NCBI GenBank assembly: GCA_004322005.1
Contig: SCRF01000109.1
Span: 632 to 64,631 of the forward strand
Direction: 5' to 3'
DNA length: 64,000 bases
Origin: Rhodanobacter sp.
GTDB lineage: Bacteria > Pseudomonadota > Gammaproteobacteria > Xanthomonadales > Rhodanobacteraceae
This document shows positions 1-8,344 of this stretch, piece after piece. Numbering within the stretch: position 1 is the stretch's first letter; every line of letters starts with the position of its first letter. The position numbers were made by a program, and so were the translations under genes. The notes beneath the pieces were generated by a model. That model was not told the DNA's origin and did not search any database. It worked only from the letters and a program-made list of their open reading frames with translations.

Positions 1-398
1 TCGGGCAGGCCGCTGGTCAGCCACCAGTGCTTGGTCTTTTCGTCGTAGTGCCAGGTCTGGTGGTCGACGATCGTGCGCTCGGACTGGGTATGGATGTTGA
101 CCAGACTGATGCGCGCCGTCTGCTGCACGTCGAGATCGTCCAGCGGCACCGGGCCGCTGCCGTTGTCGTATTCGGTCACCCGCACCTGCTTGTAGCGTGC
201 CAGATCCAGATCGCTCAGCGGATGCGCGGCGCGGATTTTCGGGTCGATGAAAAGTGCCGCACTCTGGAAATCGCCCCAGCGCAACGTGCTGCCGTAGGCG
301 GTGAGCGTGGCGGTCAGGGTATCGCTGCGGTTCTGGGTGGCACAGCCGGCCAGCAGCAGCGCGGACAACATGGCAAGAATGCCCAGGATGCGTCGCAT
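1..398 (-). CDS. lipoprotein, C-terminus cut by the window edge
   Basis: ATG at 398-396. N-terminus MRRILGILAMLSALLLAGC is a signal peptide with an LAGC lipobox. The frame stays open to position 1; it is absent from the ORF track because no stop lies in the window. Confidence 0.55.
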   Translation of the reverse strand, partial: MRRILGILAMLSALLLAGCATQNRSDTLTATLTAYGSTLRWGDFQSAALFIDPKIRAAHPLSDLDLARYKQVRVTEYDNGSGPVPLDDLDVQQTARISLVNIHTQSERTIVDHQTWHYDEKTKHWWLTSGLP

Positions 399-462
399 GG
401 TTCGTCTCCCGATGAATGGCCCGGCCATTCTGCCGCAAGCGGCGGCTGGAGTCTTTGCCGAC

Positions 463-933
463 TCAATGGCGCCGCTTGGCGACGTAGCGTGCGCCGAGCG
501 TGGCGGCCGGCTGGCCATGGCTGCCGGGTACTACGCAGGCAACCTCGATGCGCGCCCTGCCACGCAGGCTCAAGGTACGAAAGAAGGTCTCCCAGCTGGC
601 ATCCGCGGCCAGCCGCGATTCGCTGTGAAAATCCTGCCACAATGGCGCCAGATAGCGCACCGTGGATTCGGCCACGAAGACATCGCAGGATTCGCCACGT
701 CGGCGCAGCGCCAGTTCCACCAGGCCCCAGCCACTCAAGGTCATCAGGCTGAGCAGGCTGCCGCCGAAGGCACAGCCCTTGTCGTTGACGTTCGGTGCCA
801 GCGGCGCCAGCAGGCTGAAGGTATCGGCGTCGCAGCTGCCCAGTTGCAGATCCATGGCATGGGCCAGCGGAATTTCGTCACGGATGAACTGGACCAGCTC
901 TTGTGCCTGGGTGAGTCGGTCGGTGATGGTCAC
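463..933 (-). CDS. YiiD C-terminal-domain-like (hotdog fold) putative thioesterase
   Basis: 156 aa ORF with normal composition. Resembles the thioesterase-like YiiD_C family (..GCAFGGSLLSLMTLSGWGLV..). Confidence 0.55.
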   Translation of the reverse strand: MTITDRLTQAQELVQFIRDEIPLAHAMDLQLGSCDADTFSLLAPLAPNVNDKGCAFGGSLLSLMTLSGWGLVELALRRRGESCDVFVAESTVRYLAPLWQDFHSESRLAADASWETFFRTLSLRGRARIEVACVVPGSHGQPAATLGARYVAKRRH

Positions 934-1027
934 GTTGATCGGGGATCCGTGGGCAGGGTAAGACCCGTAAGTGTAAAGCTCCCGCTACAATGAGGCCAAG
1001 GCAGCCAGTGGACGCGGGGGGACACAG

Positions 1028-1819
1028 GTGCAGCGGGGGTCTTCAATCAACAGCGTGGATTTGCAGGGGCGGGTCGTGGTGATCACCCGTCCGGCCGGCA
1101 CCGCGGCAGGCCTGGCACGACAGGTGCGCAAGGCCGGCGGTGTGCCGCTTCTGTTGCCGGGGCTGGCCGTGCACGGTCCGGCCGACGAGACGTCGGCGCG
1201 GGCCGGTTTGCAGGCGGCGCTGGCGGACGACGTGCTGATCTTCAGCAGCCCGGCGGCGGTGCGTTTTGCCGCTGCCCTGGTGCCGCTGCGTACCCGTGCC
1301 GCGGTGATGGCGGTGGGGCAGGGCACGGCGCGGGCGCTGCGCCTGCATGGCATCGAATCGCCGTTGGTGCCGTCGCGGCAGGACAGCGAAGGCATGCTCG
1401 AGCATCCGGTGCTGCAGGAACTGCATGACCGCCGCGTGGCCCTGATCGGTGCGCCTGGAGGGCGCGGCCTGTTGCGCGAAGCGATCGTCGTGCGTGGCGC
1501 GCGGTTGCGGGAGGTGCACGTCTACCGGCGCGCGGCACCGCGGCTGGATCGTCGCCACATCGAGGCAGTGCTGCAATTGCCGCTCACCTCGCTGGTGCTG
1601 TTGTCCAGTGCCGAAGCACTGCACAACCTGGGTCGGCTGCTGCCGCCACCGGCCCTGGCCCGGCTGTGCGCCGCGACGGCGGTGGTCAGCAGCGAGCGAC
1701 TGGTGGTGGCTGCGGGCGCGGCCGGCTTTTGCCGCATCAAACTGGCCGTTTCGGCACTGCCGGCCGATCTGCTGGCAGCCTGTGGCCGTGCTGCGAATCC
1801 CGGTCTGCGCGGGACCTGA
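1028..1819 (+). CDS. hemD: uroporphyrinogen-III synthase
   Basis: HemD-like N-terminus (GRVVVITRPAG) and length. Followed by hemX and hemY. GTG start at 1028; an alternative GTG lies at 1055. Confidence 0.8.
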   Translation: MQRGSSINSVDLQGRVVVITRPAGTAAGLARQVRKAGGVPLLLPGLAVHGPADETSARAGLQAALADDVLIFSSPAAVRFAAALVPLRTRAAVMAVGQGTARALRLHGIESPLVPSRQDSEGMLEHPVLQELHDRRVALIGAPGGRGLLREAIVVRGARLREVHVYRRAAPRLDRRHIEAVLQLPLTSLVLLSSAEALHNLGRLLPPPALARLCAATAVVSSERLVVAAGAAGFCRIKLAVSALPADLLAACGRAANPGLRGT

Positions 1820-1875
1820 TCTTCTTCACGCCGCCTTGCTACGAACCGCGGCGCACGGGCTGCTAGCATGCGCAC

Positions 1876-3015
1876 ATGAGCAACCCAGACCAACCGAACG
1901 AGCCCGTCGCGTCCGAGGACGCCCGTCCCGATCCAGCCCGCGCGCCGCGCGCCGTGTCCGCGCGCCGCGAGCGGCGCGCGTTTGGCGGCGGTAGCCTGGC
2001 GCTGGCGTTGTTGCTGTCGCTGCTGGCCGTGGGCGTTTCCGGCTACGTCGGCTGGCGTCAATGGCAACAGATGCGGGGCAGCGCCGCGGACAGCCGGGAT
2101 CTGACCGCGCTGCAGCAACGGGTGGGCGCACTGGAGGCCACCCTGGCCAGCGTGAGCGGCCAGAGCGCCAGCCTGGATCAGCGCCTGAGCGATGCGGCCC
2201 AGGTGAACCGGTCGCTGCGCGAGGAACTGCTCGGCCAGGACGAGCGTACGCGCAATCTCGAGGACGCGGTGGCGAAGCTGGCCGAGAAGAGCCTGTCCGG
2301 TCACGATGCGATGCTGCTGGACGAAACCGAATCGCTGCTGCGCATGGCGAACGAGCGCTACACGCTGTTCCATGATGCGCAGGGTGCGGCAGCAGCCTAC
2401 GCACTGGCCGACCAAGCCCTGGCCGCGGTCAACGATGGTGCATTCTCCGGCTTGCGCCAGAGCATCGACGCCGAACGCGAGGCGTTGGCCAGGAGCCAGC
2501 CGGCCAGTCGGGCCAGTGCCTTGCAGCAGCTGACCGAGTTGCGCAGCGAGTTGGCGACGTTGCCGCTGAAACCGCTGGACCATCCGGGCTCCACCCAGCC
2601 GCAAGGCGTGTGGGCGCGCATTCTCCATGCGCTGGCCGGGGTGGTCCGTGTGCAGCGCGAGCATGGCGCGCCGCTGACCGTCGCCGACGCGCGCCTTGCC
2701 CGCGAACTGACCCAGCTCGATCTGGCGCAGGCGCAGGCCGCGCTGCTGGCGTACGACAGTGGCGCCTATGCGGCGGCACTGCAGCGCGCGGAGAAGAGCC
2801 TGTCGACCCGCTTCGACGACAACGCGCCGGCCGTGCAGCAAGCACGCGTCACGCTGCAGCAGCTGGCTGCCGTGTTGCCGTCGACCGCACCGGTGCGGCT
2901 TGGTGCCGCGCTCGACGAACTGCGCAATCTGCGTGCCGTGCATGCGCTGAAGCAGGGTGTCGATGGCGCCGCACCGGCGGCTGCCGCCACGGCGGCGGGC
3001 AGGGCCAGGCCATGA
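1876..3015 (+). CDS. hemX: HemX-family membrane protein (putative uroporphyrinogen-III C-methyltransferase)
   Basis: Charged N-terminus, one TM segment (LALALLLSLLAVGVSGYVGW), then a long coiled-coil-like region. Sits between hemD and hemY. Its stop overlaps the hemY start (ATGA at 3012-3015). Confidence 0.7.
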   Translation: MSNPDQPNEPVASEDARPDPARAPRAVSARRERRAFGGGSLALALLLSLLAVGVSGYVGWRQWQQMRGSAADSRDLTALQQRVGALEATLASVSGQSASLDQRLSDAAQVNRSLREELLGQDERTRNLEDAVAKLAEKSLSGHDAMLLDETESLLRMANERYTLFHDAQGAAAAYALADQALAAVNDGAFSGLRQSIDAEREALARSQPASRASALQQLTELRSELATLPLKPLDHPGSTQPQGVWARILHALAGVVRVQREHGAPLTVADARLARELTQLDLAQAQAALLAYDSGAYAAALQRAEKSLSTRFDDNAPAVQQARVTLQQLAAVLPSTAPVRLGAALDELRNLRAVHALKQGVDGAAPAAAATAAGRARP

Positions 3016-4268
3016 AGTTGTGGCGCGGGATCCTGGTGCTGGTGAGCGTCGCGATGCTGGCCGCATTCGGCTGGCATTGGGTGGCGGAAGATCCCGGCTA
3101 TGTGCTGCTGCGGCTGCGCGGCTGGCGGGTGGAGACCACGGTGGTGGCCGCGGTGCTGCTGCTGCTGCTGGCGTGGATCGTGCTGGCCGTGCTGTGGCGC
3201 TTTCTGCGCTGGCCGTTCGGCGCGTTTTCACGACGGCATCGGCGGATCAGCCAGCAGCGCATGAGCGATGGCCTGATCGCCTTGATCGAAGGCCGCCACG
3301 GCGATGCCGAGCGCGATCTCAACGGCGCCGCCCGGCTGGACAGCCTGCGTGGCCCGGCCTTGCTGGCGGCGGCCGAGGCGGCGTCACGCCGCGGCGAGCA
3401 TGTCCGGGCGCTGGAGGCGCTTGACCAGGCATCGCAAGCTGCCCCGCAGGCAGCCCGCGTATTGCGTGCGCGCATGCTTCGCGGCGATGGCAAGCCGGCT
3501 GACGCCTTGGCATTGCTGGTACCGGAAGCCGACAAGGGCACCCTGACTCCCGGCGGCTGGCGCGAGCTGGCGCTGGCGGCACTGGCCAGCGGCGATCCCC
3601 GGCGAGCCCGCGAGGCACTCGAACCGCTGAGGAAAAGCGCCGTGCTGGGCACGCGAGGCTATGCCGCACTCGAAGTGCAGGTGCTTACCGCGAACCTCAA
3701 TGCGGCAACCGACGGTGCCACGCTCAATGCGCTGTGGTCGCAATTGCCGAAGGCGCAGCGGCGGGTGCCGGCGATCATCGATGCGTATGCCAGGCGCGCG
3801 GCCGGCTTCGGCCTGGTACTGCCGGCGATGGACGAACTGGAATCCGCGCTGCGGCGCGAGTGGTCGCCGTTGCTGATCGAGACCTACGGTGCGCTGGGTC
3901 GCGACGATCTTGAGGCCCGCCTGCGCCGCGCCGAAGGCTGGCTCGATGCGCACCCCAACGACGCCATCCTGTTGCTCACGCTCGGCCGCATGTGCGTGCG
4001 ACTCAAGTTGTGGGGCCAGGCGCAACGTTCGCTCGAGCGTTCGCTGGCGCTGGCTCCCGCGGCGGCCGCGTGGGAAGCCCTGGGCGACACCTTCGCGGGC
4101 CGGGGCGAGACCGCGTTGGCGCTGCTGTGTTATCGCAACGCGCTGGCGTTCGGTCGCGGCGAGGCGATCGTTCCGCTGCCGCCGGGCAACCCTGCGGGCC
4201 AGCCAGATACCCGTCCCGTCGCCATCGAGGAGCGCAACCAGCACGGGGTGCCGAGGTTGCGGGAATGA
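3012..4268 (+). CDS. hemY: HemY-family heme biosynthesis protein (two N-terminal TM segments plus TPR-like repeats)
   Basis: MKLWRGILVLVSVAMLAAFGWHWVAEDPGYVLL.. aligns with the E. coli HemY N-terminus. The upstream extension to 2610 in the ORF track overlaps hemX and was rejected. Confidence 0.75.
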   Translation: MKLWRGILVLVSVAMLAAFGWHWVAEDPGYVLLRLRGWRVETTVVAAVLLLLLAWIVLAVLWRFLRWPFGAFSRRHRRISQQRMSDGLIALIEGRHGDAERDLNGAARLDSLRGPALLAAAEAASRRGEHVRALEALDQASQAAPQAARVLRARMLRGDGKPADALALLVPEADKGTLTPGGWRELALAALASGDPRRAREALEPLRKSAVLGTRGYAALEVQVLTANLNAATDGATLNALWSQLPKAQRRVPAIIDAYARRAAGFGLVLPAMDELESALRREWSPLLIETYGALGRDDLEARLRRAEGWLDAHPNDAILLLTLGRMCVRLKLWGQAQRSLERSLALAPAAAAWEALGDTFAGRGETALALLCYRNALAFGRGEAIVPLPPGNPAGQPDTRPVAIEERNQHGVPRLRE

Positions 4269-4286
4269 AAGTGCCGGCCGGCCGAC

Positions 4287-4613
4287 TCAGGCTACCGAGA
4301 TCGCCAGCGCGATGAAGGCCGCATTGAGTGCAGTGAGCGTCAGCGCGATCAGGAATATCGCATCGGCGACGCGCTCAAGCCGGTGATTGCGTCGGATGCT
4401 GCGGGTGCGCAGCGCCCAGTATGAGAGCAGGCACGACAGCAGGTACAGCATCGCATCCCCCGCCAGCAGGTCATCCACGAACAGATCCGCCTTGCGCAGC
4501 ACGATCACCACCCGGATGATCCCGATCACCGTCAGGCACACACCGACCATCGCCGCCGATGCGGTGAAAATGTGCACGCAGATGTCATTGTCGAGCGGCT
4601 GGGTTTGATTCAT
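4287..4613 (-). CDS. small hypothetical membrane protein (3-4 TM segments)
   Basis: 108 aa counted from the internal ATG at 4613. Strongly hydrophobic segments. No family recognised. Confidence 0.4.
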   Translation of the reverse strand: MNQTQPLDNDICVHIFTASAAMVGVCLTVIGIIRVVIVLRKADLFVDDLLAGDAMLYLLSCLLSYWALRTRSIRRNHRLERVADAIFLIALTLTALNAAFIALAISVA

Positions 4614-4915
4614 GGGCAGGCGGGTTGTCGAGGCAGCGGGCGTCAAGGTCTCCGACCGCATGAGCGGTCGCAGATTGCGCTTGTCACGGTCCGGTGTTCA
4701 GCTGGCATTCGCATTGCGCAGGAGGCATGGGTCGGGCATCGCCGCGCGCCCGTTCGAAGCGGGCGCATTCGACGGCTTTCGGTCAATGCCGATGCCATGC
4801 CCGAGACACGCAGACCGTCCGCCTGCACCCCGGGCGATCGCCAGCCACTCAATCGGGGTTCACCAGCCACCCGGCAAACTGGGCGATCAGGGACATCCGT
4901 CGAATAAACTCCGGC

Positions 4916-7900
4916 ATGCAAAAGAAACCGATTTTCTTCGACCCCACCGGTCGACGGGCCAGCCACATTTCGCGGCTCGGGCTGCTGGCGGGCGTCGTCA
5001 GCACGTTGTTCGTGGTGGCGTTCGCGGCCAGCCTGCTGATCGGGCCGAGCATGGCCGGATTGAAGCTGGGCGGCCGCGGCAAGGGTCTGCATTCGGTGGC
5101 GGCGGTGCCGGCGCTGCTGAAACCGGCGGCGCGGCTGGCGGCGGAAGTGCTGGCCAGACAGAAACTGCTGCACGCCCATCGCGTACGCAAGCCGCACAAC
5201 AACCCGTCGAGGCTGCGGCCGCCCGCGCTGGCCAAGCCGGCCGGCCGGGCCCTGGCGATCGGCTTCTACGTCAACTGGGACGACGGCAGCTACGCCTCGC
5301 TGAAGCGCGCGCTGCCCACGCTGGATTGGGTCATCCCCACCTGGATGAGCCTGAGCGGGCCGCAGATGGCGCTGAAAACCAGCGTCGACGCCAAGGCGTT
5401 CGACCTGATCCGCCGGGTCAAGCCGTCGACGCCGATCCTGCCGCTGTTGCAGAATGCGGTGGACAGTGTCTGGGACGGCCCGGGCCTTGCGCGTCTGCTG
5501 GCGGATCCGGCCATGCGGCAGGCGCGCATCGCGCAGATCGTCGCTTTCCTCGCGGCCAACAAGTTCCAGGGCCTGACGGTCGACTTCGAGGATGTGCCCG
5601 GGAGCGCGCAGAAGAACCTGCAGGCGTTCCTGTCGGAGCTGTCCGACGCATTCGCGCCGCACGGCTGGGCGATCGTGCTGTCGGTACCGTTCGACGACGC
5701 GACCTGGGACTATGCCGCCTACGCCAATATCGTCGATTTCGAGCTGTTGATGGCCTACGACGAACACTGGGCCGGCAAGGACCCGGGCAGCATCGCCGGC
5801 GAAACCTGGTTCGAGGACACGCTCGACAAGCGCATGAAGGTGCTCGATCCGGACCAGACCATCATCGCGATCGGCAGCTACGGCTACGACTGGTCGCGCG
5901 GGCAGAACGCCGAGGCGCTCACCTTCCAGGACGCCATGGATCGCGCGGCGGACGCGCAGGCCGGCATCAGCTTCGACGCGGACACGCAGAACCCGCACTT
6001 CTCCTACAGCGAGGACGACGGCACCGTGCATCAGGTCTGGTTTCTCGACGGGGTGACCGCGTACAACCAGATCCACGCCGCCGATACCTATAAACCTTAC
6101 GGCTATGCCGTGTGGCGGCTGGGTTCGGAGGATCCGTCGATCTGGCCGCTGCTGGGGCGCGACTACGACGCCGCGGCGCCGGCACAGCTGGGGCAGATCG
6201 GCCAAGGTGAGGACATCGACATCGAGGGCGAGGGCGAGGTGCTGCAGATCGCTTCGCAGCCGGCGCCCGGCTCGCGCACCTTCGAGGTCGAGAAGGGCAC
6301 TGGCGACATCGACGACGAGAGCTACACCAGCCTGCCCACGTCCTACGTGATCCAGCGCGTGGGCACGCTGCCGCACAAGATCGCGCTGACCTTCGACGAT
6401 GGCCCGGATCCGCAGTGGACGCCGCAGATCCTCGATATCCTCAAGGCGAAGCACGTGCCGGCCACGTTCTTCATCATCGGCGAGAATGCCGAGTCGTCGC
6501 CGCGACTGGTGCAACGCATGGTCGACGAGGGCCACGACGTCGGCAACCACACCTTCACCCACCCCAATCTCGGCGACACCTCGCCGGGCATCACGGCGCT
6601 GGAACTCAATGCCACCCAGCGCCTGTTCGAGGCGTTGACCGGGCGCTCGATGCGGTTGTTTCGTGCGCCGTACTTCGGCGATGCCGAACCGACTACCGCC
6701 GACGAACTGGTGCCGATCCAGCTGGCGCAGAAGATGGGCTACATCGCGGTGGGGCTGCACATCGACCCGGACGACTGGCAGCGCCCGCCGGCGGACCTGA
6801 TCGTCAGCCGGGTGCTGACCCAGGCGACTGCCACCGGTTCCGCCCGGCACGGCCAGGTGGTGCTGCTGCACGATGGCGGCGGCGATCGCGCCAACACGGT
6901 GGAAGCCCTGCCGCGCATCATCGACGGCCTGCGCGCGCAGGGCTACCAGTTCGTCACCGTGTCCACGCTGGCCGGACTGACCCGCGACCAGGGCATGCCG
7001 CCGTTGCCGCCGGGTTCGCTGTCGCGACTGGCCGACCGCTCGGTATTCCTGACCCTGGGCTGGTTCGGGCATCTGCTGCGGTCGCTGTTCCTCGCCGCAA
7101 TCTGGCTTGGCATTGCACGGCTGCTGTTGCTGGGTGGGCTGGGCCTGCTCAACTGGCTGCGCGACCGGCGGCGCACGCCGCCATCGATCGGCGACGACCC
7201 GGCGCTGGTGTCGGTGCTGATCCCGGCCTACAACGAGGAGAAGGTGATCGTGGGCTCGATCCGGCGGATTCTGGCGAGCCGCTATCCGAAGCTGGAGATC
7301 ATCGTTGTCGACGATGGATCCGTCGACGCCACCTCGGCGGTGGTCAGCGCACATTATGCGAACGAGCCGCGCGTGCGCCTGCTGACCGTCCCCAACGGCG
7401 GCAAGGCCCATGCGGTCAATACCGCGCTGCGCGAAGCGCGCGGCACGGTGATCGTGGCGCTGGACGCCGATACCCAGTTCGAGCCCGATACCATCCCGTG
7501 TCTGGTGCGCTGGTTCGCCGACCCGCGGGTCGGTGCGGTCGCCGGCAATGCCAAGGTCGGCAACCGGATCAACCTGATCACCTGGTGGCAGGCGCTGGAA
7601 TACATCACCGCGCAAAACCTGGAACGCCGGGCACTGGCGGCACTCGGCGCGATCACCGTGGTGCCGGGCGCCGTCGGCGCGTGGCGCCGCGAGGCGCTGG
7701 AACGGCTCGGCGGCTTCCCGGGCGAAACCCTGGCCGAGGACCAGGATCTGACCATCGCGATCCAGAAGGCCGGTTACAAGACGCTGTTCGACAGCGAAGC
7801 GATCGCCTGGACCGAGGCGCCGGACAGCATGCGTGGGCTCGCTCGTCAGCGCTTCCGCTGGGCCTACGGCACCCTGCAATGCCTGTGGAAACACCGCGAT

Positions 7901-8077
7901 GCCACCTTCCGTCCGCGCTATGGTGCGCTCGGCATGGTGGCGCTGCCACAGGTATGGCTGTTCCAGATCGTCTTCTCGGTGGTGTCGCCGCTGGTTGATC
8001 GCTGCTGGTCTGGCAGATCATCTCCACCGGCCTCGATTACCTGCAGCATCGCGGCCAGTTCGATCCCGACAACCTGA
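4916..8077 (+). CDS. fused TM anchor / GH18-like domain / NodB polysaccharide deacetylase / family-2 processive glycosyltransferase; C-terminus disrupted by an apparent frameshift near 8000
   Basis: Start MQKKPIFFDPTGRR followed by a TM segment. GLTVDFEDV is GH18-like. IALTFDDGPD..GNHTFTHP are NodB motifs. VLIPAYNEE..VVDDGS..ALDADT..QRFRWAYG are processive GT2 motifs. After about 7998 the reading frame no longer looks like the family. Confidence 0.8.
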   Translation: MQKKPIFFDPTGRRASHISRLGLLAGVVSTLFVVAFAASLLIGPSMAGLKLGGRGKGLHSVAAVPALLKPAARLAAEVLARQKLLHAHRVRKPHNNPSRLRPPALAKPAGRALAIGFYVNWDDGSYASLKRALPTLDWVIPTWMSLSGPQMALKTSVDAKAFDLIRRVKPSTPILPLLQNAVDSVWDGPGLARLLADPAMRQARIAQIVAFLAANKFQGLTVDFEDVPGSAQKNLQAFLSELSDAFAPHGWAIVLSVPFDDATWDYAAYANIVDFELLMAYDEHWAGKDPGSIAGETWFEDTLDKRMKVLDPDQTIIAIGSYGYDWSRGQNAEALTFQDAMDRAADAQAGISFDADTQNPHFSYSEDDGTVHQVWFLDGVTAYNQIHAADTYKPYGYAVWRLGSEDPSIWPLLGRDYDAAAPAQLGQIGQGEDIDIEGEGEVLQIASQPAPGSRTFEVEKGTGDIDDESYTSLPTSYVIQRVGTLPHKIALTFDDGPDPQWTPQILDILKAKHVPATFFIIGENAESSPRLVQRMVDEGHDVGNHTFTHPNLGDTSPGITALELNATQRLFEALTGRSMRLFRAPYFGDAEPTTADELVPIQLAQKMGYIAVGLHIDPDDWQRPPADLIVSRVLTQATATGSARHGQVVLLHDGGGDRANTVEALPRIIDGLRAQGYQFVTVSTLAGLTRDQGMPPLPPGSLSRLADRSVFLTLGWFGHLLRSLFLAAIWLGIARLLLLGGLGLLNWLRDRRRTPPSIGDDPALVSVLIPAYNEEKVIVGSIRRILASRYPKLEIIVVDDGSVDATSAVVSAHYANEPRVRLLTVPNGGKAHAVNTALREARGTVIVALDADTQFEPDTIPCLVRWFADPRVGAVAGNAKVGNRINLITWWQALEYITAQNLERRALAALGAITVVPGAVGAWRREALERLGGFPGETLAEDQDLTIAIQKAGYKTLFDSEAIAWTEAPDSMRGLARQRFRWAYGTLQCLWKHRDATFRPRYGALGMVALPQVWLFQIVFSVVSPLVDRCWSGRSSPPASITCSIAASSIPTT

Positions 8078-8100
8078 TCCGGGTCGCGATCTTCTACGCC

Positions 8101-8328
8101 GTGTTCATGGCGGTGGACCTGGCTGCCGCCGTGCTCGCCTTCGCGATGGAAAAGAAGGAGCAGTGGAGCCTGCTGTGGTGGCTGGTGCTGCAGCGCTTCG
8201 GCTACCGCCAGCTGATGTACTACGTGGTGGTGCGATCGGTGTCGACGGCGCTGCGCGGCCCCGCGGTCGGCTGGGGTCGGCAGGAGCGCAAGGCCACGGT
8301 GAACGCGGCGGAGGAAGCGCCGCGCTAG
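8101..8328 (+). CDS. C-terminal fragment of the preceding GT2 synthase, in a different frame (not an independent gene)
   Basis: The frame opening at 7999 reads SLLVWQIISTGLDYLQHRGQFDPDNLIRVAIFYAVFMAVDL..LQRFGYRQLMYYVVVRSV..GWGRQERKA. This is the expected last TM helices and tail of PgaC/IcaA-like synthases. Confidence 0.7.
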   Translation: MFMAVDLAAAVLAFAMEKKEQWSLLWWLVLQRFGYRQLMYYVVVRSVSTALRGPAVGWGRQERKATVNAAEEAPR

Positions 8329-8344
8329 GCGCCTGTCGGACCGG

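Noticed and set aside
2610-3011. N-terminal extensions of true genes in the ORF track: hemY from 2610, DUF2782 from 13262, tlpA frame from 24631, ELM1-like from 36156, Yip1 from 38512, hppA from 54189, pfp from 56245, argD-like from 60199, hemL from 63571.
   Set aside because: The extensions overlap upstream genes or repeats, lack family similarity and have an Arg/Pro-rich composition. Internal starts with Shine-Dalgarno sequences and family-typical N-termini were preferred.
4643-7894. Very long antisense ORFs opposite real genes: 4643-7894(-), 1522-3231(-), 31228-34119(-), 26411-28384(-), 15636-17258(+), 19855-21204(+), 52105-54054(+), 56971-58545(-).
   Set aside because: They are typical high-GC artefacts. 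They are Arg/Ala/Gly/Pro-rich with no recognisable motifs. Each is fully overlapped by an ORF on the other strand that has unmistakable family signatures.
8101-8328. The 75-aa ORF as an independent small membrane protein gene.
   Set aside because: Its frame is open from 7999 and continues the GT2 synthase sequence seamlessly. It is the displaced C-terminus of the upstream gene, not a separate gene.
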